Assembly: GCA_054661495.1 (NCBI GenBank)
Contig: BAAFSQ010000302.1
Span: 1 to 12,009, forward strand
Reading direction: 5' to 3'
Origin: Zygophlyctis sp. KS116
Lineage: Eukaryota > Fungi > Chytridiomycota
DNA: 12,009 nucleotides
Shown here one piece after another: positions 1 to 8,325 of this stretch (positions are counted from its first letter, which is position 1; each line of letters starts with the position of its first letter). Position numbers and translations under genes: made by a program. The notes beneath the pieces are model-generated. The model did not search any database and had not been told where the DNA came from. It saw only the letters and a program-made list of their open reading frames with translations.

Positions 1-483
1 AGTAGAGCATCTCTAAATCTCTTTAAATTCAATACATCCGTCCGCCTTCTCTCTAATTCCAGCAAGATGTAATCTGATATTAGTGATTTTAGATTTACAG
101 TAACCTTTATAACTCCAGAAAACCAAAAACTGTCTGTTAGAGCAGAAGAAGGAGATAATCTATTAGATTTAGCACATTCGAATGATATAGATCTAGAAGG
201 TATTCAACAATTCTCTTTATAGAATAGGTGCATGCGAAGGATCTTTAGCCTGTTCTACTTGTCATTTAATTATAGAAAAGAAATATTATGATAAACTGTC
301 AGAGCCATCTGATGAGGAAAATGATATGTTGGATTTAGCTTTCGGACTCACAGAAACGTAATATTTAAATTATTAATTTCTAGTTCTCGTCTAGGATGCC
401 AAGTTAAAATGAGTTCTGATTTAGATGGGATCACAGTTAGAATCCCAAGTGCAACTAGAAATGTTCAACAAGGCAAATTATAA
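1..483 (+). CDS. YAH1: Mitochondrial [2Fe-2S] ferredoxin, adrenodoxin/Yah1/FDX2 family (5'-partial, 3 introns)
   Basis: Absent from the ORF track. Exons <1-68, 93-199, 228-357, 384-483; introns 69-92 (24 nt), 200-227 (28), 358-383 (26). The spliced product reads ...[53 protein letters not shown]...[25 protein letters not shown]...[10 protein letters not shown]. It has the CxxxxxCxxC and RLGCQ adrenodoxin ligand motifs. The Ser/Arg-rich first exon resembles a mitochondrial presequence. Confidence 0.96.
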
Positions 484-515
484 AATTAGAAATAGAGTTG
501 AAACCCCCAATTTAT

Positions 516-1406
516 TCAGACACTTGCTCTTACTTGCTGTTGAACTTGTTCTGCAAAATTATCTTGTACTTTATCTATTCCCTGTCCAACTTCCATTCTT
601 TTAAAATCGGAAATCCATAAACGATCAACTTTAAGAATTTTAGATTCTTTAGCTAATACAGTTTCCACTAAGCCCCCTCCACTCAAAAACTCTTGAGACA
701 GTAATGCATCACCAGAGTCTTTTGAAGGTAATATAGTTGAAGGATTAAATCCTACAATATGTTTAGCTATTTTATCTGCTAAATCTACAAGATTAGCCAT
801 TTGATCTTGATTTAAAACAGAATTTGAATCATAATTTAGTGAAACAAGTCCACCGATTCTTCCTAAAAATTGTGAATTACTTCCTGAATAAGCATGTATA
901 TATCCACCAATAATTCCTTTAGAAGTAGATATTTTAGATAAACAAGTTTGACCCAACATAATCTTTTCACCCAATTCCCCAACTTTTGAGAGTATGGCTT
1001 CCTCGCATGAGACTACTTTATCAGATAAAATAGAATTCCTGTCATTTAAAGGAAGAATGGGAGCATTCATGTCCATAGACTCATACCAAAGATGAGAATT
1101 GCCCAATTTAGAAGATAAATCAGCAAATATAGGAGATCTAGACACAAAATCAGTTTCACAATTAACCTGAATCAATGATCCTTTTCTTCTATTTGGATCT
1201 AGAGTTAATGCAATTAATCCCTGAGCGGCAACTCTATCAGACACTTTTGAAGCCTTTGCCAGTCCATTACTTAATGCTTTCTTTTCTAGCCATGCTATTG
1301 CCATTTCTAGATTTCCATCATTTTTAGATAATGCTTCTTTAGCTCTTAGAAGAGAAACAGGGACTGCCTTTCGAAGTTTTGCTACTAGAGCGATGGGGAT
1401 GCTCAT
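516..1406 (-). CDS. TSF1: Mitochondrial translation elongation factor Ts (core ORF; probably extended by a 5' exon to 1504)
   Basis: N-terminal UBA-like EF-Ts helices (LVAKLRK...AKEAL...AIAWL), the AxKVSDRVAAQGLI segment, the signature VNCETDFV, IAKHIVGFNP, ALLSQEFL and the C-terminal EVGQGIDK. The 296-aa ORF is uninterrupted. Confidence 0.93.
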   Translation of the reverse strand: MSIPIALVAKLRKAVPVSLLRAKEALSKNDGNLEMAIAWLEKKALSNGLAKASKVSDRVAAQGLIALTLDPNRRKGSLIQVNCETDFVSRSPIFADLSSKLGNSHLWYESMDMNAPILPLNDRNSILSDKVVSCEEAILSKVGELGEKIMLGQTCLSKISTSKGIIGGYIHAYSGSNSQFLGRIGGLVSLNYDSNSVLNQDQMANLVDLADKIAKHIVGFNPSTILPSKDSGDALLSQEFLSGGGLVETVLAKESKILKVDRLWISDFKRMEVGQGIDKVQDNFAEQVQQQVRASV

Positions 1407-1469
1407 TTTACTCCTAGCCAGTACTAATGTGTTTCTACTTTATGTCTCATTAAATAATAATAATAAAAC

Positions 1470-1504
1470 TATTTATTCCAAGATACACAGACTATTCTCC
1501 TCAT
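1470..1504 (-). CDS. Putative first exon of EF-Ts encoding part of a mitochondrial targeting presequence
   Basis: ATG at 1504 plus a 32-nt GT..AAG intron (1469-1438) joins in frame to give MRRIVCVSWNKYRNTLVLARSK-MSIP (22 extra residues, Arg/Lys-rich, no acidic residues). The donor GTTTTA is atypical for this window. Confidence 0.55.
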
Positions 1505-1521
1505 GAGTTCAGACGTGTCTC

Positions 1522-1794
1522 TCATTCATAAACTACTTGATGACATTTAGCCACAATTGGTTTATGAGGTTTGCTATGTAATGCCTCTTGTCCTTTTAAA
1601 ATTAAATTAGAGACTTTAATGCATAATCTATTCAAAATATCATTATCAGACTCTTTTAAATTGTTTGATAATCTAGATTCTAAAGATTCATTAAGACTTG
1701 ATAATGCAGCATTAGATATTTCCAAATCTAAAATCTAGTAATAAAACCAAAATTAAAATACTCTTCTCTCTAATTTAGCAATATTTGATTTCAT
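1522..1794 (-). CDS. Small uncharacterised coiled-coil protein (81 aa, 1 intron)
   Basis: ATG at 1794, exon 1794-1762, 27-nt intron 1761-1735 (GTATTT...CTAG), exon 1734-1522. Product: MKSNIAKLERRILDLEISNAALSSLNESLESRL...LCIKVSNLILKGQEALHSK...VVYE*. It shows a heptad pattern, and the intron matches the others in size and signals. Confidence 0.75.
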
Positions 1795-2356
1795 AATTTC
1801 TAAATTTTATTACATGGAGCCAAACATTGATTTACTATTTCTAGTAAATGTGAATTTTCTAGAGCTGCTGCAACTCTTTCTTTATCATTTAATTGTTTAT
1901 TGACTACTGTTAAGACTTTTAGAGTACCTGAATCTTCTGATGCATGAGTTCCTTTAGTAACTTGAATATCAATTTTATACTTTGGAGATAATGATCTCAA
2001 TAGTCTAACTCTAATACATAATCCAATTAAAGTAGCCATTGAACAATGTGGAATTGTTCTAAAAGTTTCAAGTAAAACAAACTTACGGAGTAAATCTAAC
2101 CTTGATTTCTCTAGAGTTTATAGAGATTAGAGACGGTTGAACAACATTTAGAGATTCTAAAGAATGCGGATGTTCAGGATCCTAATTTTTCAACTTTTTT
2201 AAATTCTTACTTGAATATTTCTAATTAAATCAAATATTTCCAAATCAATTAGAGGATCACAGACTGAATCATCCCAATTAAACTCTAGAGAATGTTCTTT
2301 AGAGTTGTGAATGACTGGATTCTCATTCAAAATCATTTTGAAAATTTAGAAATTAT
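1793..2356. repeat. Perfect 16-bp inverted repeat (arms 1793-1808 and 2341-2356) bracketing CIA2
   Basis: ATAATTTCTAAATTTT at 1793-1808 is the exact reverse complement of AAAATTTAGAAATTAT at 2341-2356. The repeat itself is certain, but its function is not. Confidence 0.6.
1800..2336 (-). CDS. CIA2: Cytosolic iron-sulfur assembly component CIA2/MIP18 (FAM96 family), 151 aa, 3 introns
   Basis: Exons 2336-2211, 2181-2087, 2058-1928, 1903-1800; introns 2210-2182 (29 nt), 2086-2059 (28), 1927-1904 (24). The product [10 protein letters not shown]...[24 protein letters not shown]...[22 protein letters not shown]...[25 protein letters not shown]...* contains the diagnostic [15 protein letters not shown] and [11 protein letters not shown] motifs. 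Confidence 0.97.
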
Positions 2357-2437
2357 TGAGGGTTTACATTGTTGAGTAGGTTTGACAAGAGAAAATTTTT
2401 AGATTTAGTTTTAGGCTCTAGGATAATTTTCACTTTG
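2337..2437. promoter_or_regulatory. Probable bidirectional promoter region between CIA2 and RRP5
   Basis: 101-nt AT-rich gap between the divergent start codons at 2336 (-) and 2438 (+). Inferred from position only. Confidence 0.55.
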
Positions 2438-5400
2438 ATGCCGAGTCTGTTATCATCAAGCGATGCTCTAGATTTCCCTAGAGGTGGGGGATCAGGATTA
2501 ACAAGCCTTGAAATAAGAGATATAAAGATTCAAGTCGAGGCTGATTTAGAGGTAATGCATTCAATTTAATAAAAAGAAAAATGACTCTGTCAAGCAAAAA
2601 GGGAAAAAGAAGAGATCAAATTTAGAAAGTAAAGTAGTTAAAAAGCAAAAGTTGGAATCAGAGACTGTGTATGTGGAATTATTGTCATTCAAGGTAATTT
2701 GATTTTTTTCAAATATTTTTTAGAAGTTGCATGTCGGAATGTCTCTGGTGGGGGCAGTAAAGGAAATTAATCAATTGGATTTAGTAATTGCTTTACCAAA
2801 TCAATTGACGGGTTTTGTTTCAATTACAGAGATTTCAGATGTATTGACTGAAAAGGTTGATAAGGTTGCTCAGGCAGAGGATGACTCGGATGAGGATTTG
2901 CCAGATTTATCTAGTTTTTTTACTGTTGGAATGCCAGTTAATGTTGTGGTGACTAAATTACAAGACTCTCAACAAGATCAGTCAAAGAGAAGGATTGAGT
3001 TGTCTATGCGCCCAGAGATTATAAATTCTCATTTACTAAATGCAGATGTTACAAGAGGAATGACTATTTGTGCAACAGTAAAGAGTGAAGAAGATCATGG
3101 GTATGTTTTGTCTTTGGGAATAAAGGGACTGTCGGGATTCATGGCTAAAGATTCTAATAGAGAATTAAGTCTAGGTTCATGGATTTTTGTTTGCATTTTA
3201 GAATGTAAACCAGGGAATACAGTAGTCAAATGTGAAATTCCAAAGGATTATAAAAAGGGTTTAATTCCAAATTCTCATTCAATGGAAATTGACTCTTTCA
3301 AGGCAGGTATGGCTGTGAATGCTACTGTTAAATCAGTTGCAGAAAATGGTTTAATTATGGAATTTATGGGATATTTTGTTGGGACTGTGGACTTTTTACA
3401 TTTAGGTGATGTGGATTTGGAGTCTATTGAGATTGGGAAAAAGTTGGTTGCTCGAATAATTTATACAGACATGGATAAGAAAAAGTTTGGACTGTCCTTG
3501 AATTCATATTTAGTTTCATGGAGTGATTCTCGTCTCTTGTCTTTAGATGATTTAGAAGTTGGGACAATTATTGAACGTGCCAAGGTCAAAAGTATTGAGA
3601 AGCATGGTCTTTTATTGGATTTACAAAGCTTTGGAAAAGGATTCGTTCATAATTCTAATCTTTCGGATCTTAAAGTTGAAAAAGGAGATAAAAATTTTAA
3701 AGTTGGAACTACACATAAAGCAAGAGTAATTGCTTTGGATTATGTGGACGATTTGGTTCTTGTCACATTTCAAAATAGTGTCATTGAACAACCAATAATG
3801 ACCCATCAGGATATAAAAGTGGGATCCATCATAAAGGTTGGCTTTTTATTAAAGTATTTAACAAAAAGGGGAAGGTTATGAAGGTTGATACATACGGTGT
3901 TATTGTAAGCATTACAAATTCCATCAAAGGTCTATGCCCTACGCAGCATTTATCTGATGCCAAAATATCTGATCCAGAAAAATTATTCAAAGTTAACTCT
4001 ACCACGAAATTTCAAGTGTTATCGGTTGACACAAAAAACAAAAAGGTTATGCTAACTCACCGTAAAAGTTTTATGAGTTCCAGGTTCCCCTGGATTATAT
4101 CATATGAAGATGTCAAACCTGGATCTTTTAGCATTGGACTTATCACTTCAGTGCAGAGCTACGGATGTATTGTTCACTTCTATGATAATGTTCATGCGTT
4201 AGTTCCTATTTCTGAGCTTAGGTATGAAATGAATGATCTTAATTTTTAGTGATGAATATGTGAAAACCCCATCAGAATTATTTACCGTAGGTCAAGTCAT
4301 GAAATGCAGAATATTATCTGTAGACGCTCCAAATCAGAAAATGAGAGCTAGTTTCAAACTCAGGGGTAAGAGTCTAGCTTCTTCTTCGGATTCAATAGAA
4401 AAGCTAGAAAAGGTTGTTGTAGGAACAATTACCAGTGGTACTGTTACTGCTGTTCTTCCCGAAGGTCTTATGATAAATCTTTCCCAGTACGAGGTGGAAG
4501 GATTTTTACCAAAAATGCATTTATCAGACAATCTAGATCATATTGATAAGATGCTAAAACTGGTTACTGAAGGGCAAGTTCTTCCAGAAATCTTGGTCTT
4601 ATCAAAAGATGCTCATCGAGGTCAACTACAATTATCGCTAAAGCCTTGGCTTCTTGATAGTACTAAAACAGGTTTAGTTGAAACCATCCAAGATCTTAAG
4701 GCGGGTATGATTTTACCTGGTTTTGTGAGAAATGTTACTGAAAAGGCATGTTTTATCTCTTTTGTCGGCAATTTAATTGGCATGTCTACTTTGCACAACC
4801 TTTCCGATATGTTTGTTGCTAACGCAATGGACAATTTTGTGATTGGTCAATCTGTAATTGCGCAAATTTCAAAGGTTGATACAAATCAAATGAGAATATT
4901 TCTAAACTTGAAAGACTCAGTTTTATCAGGATCAGCAAAGTTGAAAGATTTTGAGCATTTAAGACTCACCACGTTTATGGAAGAAAGGAAGAAAATCAGG
5001 GATTCTTCTATTAAAGCAAAAGACCTTCAAGACTGTCTCTCATGGAGCTCTATTTATCCTATTAGTGGATATACAGAAGGTACGGTCAAGTCAATCATGC
5101 CATATGGCACCATTTTGGAAATGAAATCAGGAGGAAGTGGTTTAATTACTCATTACGGTAAAGCTGCTTATAAGCAGGGTGATCTGATTTCTGGTCAGAT
5201 TTTGGATATTGACATTTCCAAGAAGATAGTAGATCTTAAATTTGTTGATTCAAACAAAAACTCTGTAGTTCCAAATTTAGATAAAGGAAACGTTTCTAAG
5301 GTATGTCGTTCAATTCAGTAATATTAGATTAAGAAGACAATTAAATCGGGGGAGACTGTCGATGCTTCAGTATTAGTTATAAAGGAGGAAATAACTATAG

Positions 5401-8263
5401 TTTCTTTATCCATATTTAAAAATGTTATCGGATACTGTCTCAGTAAAGGAATGAATACTAAGTCATCAAACTTTAAGAGATTTAAAGTTGGTCAACAGTT
5501 CAAATGCGCCATCTTGTCTTTTGATAAAGGTGTATGCTTGATCGCTCCAGTTCCTGGAAATAATAATAATAATGAAAATATTTTGGATCTTCGTCGCACC
5601 GTTAAACAGTCGCTAGACCCGGAAATATCGTCTATAGAGGATTACAAGCTCGGGAAACTGACTGTAGGCCGCATTCAATCTATCAAACAAACTCAGATGA
5701 ATATAACACTAGGCGCTAATATGAAAGGCCGTGTTCACATTTCAGAGGTTACGGACAGTCCCGACTCTGCATCGGGAGGAATTTTTAAGAATTTTAAGGT
5801 TGGTCAGCTCATTCAAGCCAAAGTTATTGGCTTTAACGATGCAAAGAGTCATAAATTTTTGCCCCTTTCGCATAAAAATCCTGTCTCTCAAACTGTAGTC
5901 GAATTGACACTGCGCCCTTCAGAATTAGAACTGATGGATTGCTGTCTGGTCGAATCTTATGATAAAAGACGTCCTACTTTAGAAAACATTAATCAAAAAA
6001 CTGAATATGTTGGGTTTGTCAATCAGATCGATAAAAATTACGTATGGATTCATGTGGGTCCCAAGCTTCTTGGAAGAATTTCCATTTTTAATTTATCAAT
6101 GGACCCCAATGTTCTATCTAACGTAAATGACCATTTTGCAATAGGATCAGTGGTTAAATGCTATCTACTTACTAAAGACGAATCCAAAAATCTTCTCGAT
6201 TTAACTTTGATATCAAGAGAAGAATCACTGATTTCAAAAGATTCTTTGAAATTAAAACAGCTCTTAATCGGAAAAGTAGTTAAAATTCAAAATGGATTAT
6301 CTATTCAAATTGCATACAACATTTTTGCAAAAGCTCACATTACAGATTTGACAGATAATTTTGTTGAAAATATTCTTGAGAATTATTCTGTTGATGATTT
6401 TGTAAGATGTAGAGTGGCCGGTTTTAATGATGATCGAAGCCAAATAGACGTCTCTTTGCGCCCTTCTATCGTGGACAATTCAGAGGATATTGTAGATCCT
6501 GAAGTTGTCGATTTTAAACAAATTGAAGAGGATGCCGTTGTTCGAGGATTTGTTAAAAACATTGCTGGAAACGGGGTCTACGTGGGTATCGGCCGTAATG
6601 TGACTGCTCGAGTTAAAATCAAGGACCTATCAGATTCGTTTATTAAAGATTGGAAAAATATTTTCAAAATTGGACAACTAGTTAAAGGAAAAATAGTTTC
6701 TATAGACCATGAAAATGGAATGATAGATATGAGCTTGAAGTCTAGCATTGTTGACCCCTCTGCAGAGCCAGCCAAGAAATTTGATGATTTAAAAGAAGGG
6801 ATGAAAGTCGATGGATCTATTAAAGCCATCCATTCTTATGGTGTTTTTATCAAATTAAATGGCAGCCATATAAGTGGTCTCTGTCATATTTCTGAATTAT
6901 CAGATGTTGCCGTGACCCAAATTGATAAATTGTATGAAGTCGGTGATCCAGTCAAAGCAATTATTCTCAAAATTGATTCAGAGAAAAGAAAATTATCTCT
7001 AGGATTAAAGGCTTCCTATTTTGATGACATGGATGTTGATGATGAAGTCGAGTCTCAAGACGAATCTCAAGACGATGCAGAATCTTTGAATAGCGTAGAA
7101 TCTAATGTGGAATCTGACATAGAATCTGACGAAGACTCGGAAATGATTATGCAAGTTGAAAAGTCTGACATTCTGGAAGAAGTTGATTTATCCTCGGATG
7201 ATGGATTATCTGATGAAGAACCTTTGACTTTAAGTGGATTCAAATGGAACGGAGCGATGGAAACAACTGAACAAGAATCAGAAGCAGATGAATCTCCGGA
7301 ACCACCAGTGAAAAAATCTAAAAGAGCAAAGAAAAGAGCAAAGAAAGAAGAAGAGGAAGCAATTGCACGAAAAGAATTATCCCTATTGCATGAAGAGGCT
7401 CCTGAAGTCGCCGAAGATTTTGAAAGACTTCTTATTGCAAATCCTAATAGTGCTTATATGTGGATCAAGTACATGGCATATCACATTCAAATGACGGAAA
7501 TCGAAAACGCAAGAAAAGTCGCTGAAAGAGCACTTTCCACCATAAATTTCCGTGATGAACTAGAAAAACTCAACATCTGGGTAGCATATTTAAACCTCGA
7601 GAACAGCTTTGGGGATTCAGAATCATTATTAAAAGTATTTGAAAGAGCTTCTAGTTACAATGACCCTAAAAAGGTTTACATACATTTAGCGACAATTTAC
7701 GATAAAACTGACAAAAATGAAGTAATTTTTTTTATATTTTATAAACTAGGAATGTGATAAACTTTACAAGGTTATGATTAAAAAATTTAAAACATCCAGT
7801 AAAGTTTGGATAAATTATGCACATTTCCTTGCAAAACAGAATTTATTTGATCAGATTCATTCAATTTTAAATTCTAGTTTAAAATCTCTTTCAAAGGATA
7901 AGCGTAATTCTTTTAAATTTAACATTAGATGTCAAAATAATACTATCTTTTGCATTACTCGAATTCAAAAAGGGTAACCCAGAAAGAGGAAGAACACTTT
8001 TTGAAGGCCTTTTATCTAATTATCCTAAACGAGTTGACATATGGTCAGTCTATTTAGACCAAGAAATCAGATTAGGAGATCTTGCTATTATTCGCCGTCT
8101 ATTTGAAAGAGCGATTAAATTAGACAGATCTACTAAAAAGATGAAATTCCTCTTCAAAAAGTATCTTCAATTTGAAAATGAATATGGAATTGAAGAGACT
8201 CAGAGTCATGTCAAGGAAGAAGCTATGAAGTATGTGGAACGTGTCAGTGGACAAACAGAATAA
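2438..8263 (+). CDS. RRP5: rRNA biogenesis protein Rrp5/PDCD11 (tandem S1 domains plus C-terminal TPR/HAT repeats), 1876 aa, 7 introns
   Basis: N-terminal DFPRGGG motif, many S1 repeats, an acidic linker, a basic KKSKRAKKRAKK stretch and the TPR region (DFERLLIANPNSAYMWIKYMAY, AERALSTINFRDELEKLNIWVAYLNLE, PERGRTLFEGLLSNYPKRVDIWSVY). Introns 2552-2576 (25 nt), 2694-2723 (30), 3837-3868 (32), 4222-4249 (28), 5301-5327 (27), 7722-7749 (28) and 7904-7928 (25) join all ORF fragments into one 5631-nt frame ending at TAA 8261-8263. Confidence 0.97.
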
Positions 8264-8325
8264 TCATTTTTTAAGTAGTTTTTGAGTTTTTTGGGCGAGC
8301 GGTGGTGCGTAGGAGAGTAAAAACA

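Noticed and set aside
516-1406. EF-Ts as a recent bacterial horizontal transfer because the core ORF has no intron
   Set aside because: It lacks the bacterial coiled-coil, matches host base composition, resembles fungal mitochondrial EF-Ts and has a plausible spliced presequence.
1794-1835. Spliced CIA2/micro-gene fusion protein
   Set aside because: The donors near the CIA2 end joined to the TAG at 1800 all generate an immediate or near stop codon.
2369-2437. TTG-initiated N-terminal extension of the first RRP5 ORF
   Set aside because: A prokaryotic-style start call. ATG 2438 lies just before the conserved DFPRGG motif.
7050-7345. Short tandem duplications (ESQD-ESQD, KRAK-KRAK) in RRP5, and the AAT run near 5560
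   Set aside because: Ordinary low-complexity coding sequence in disordered linkers, not an array or mobile element.
8302-8325. GTG start of XRN1 in the ORF track
   Set aside because: The Xrn family begins at MGVP, which is ATG 8326.
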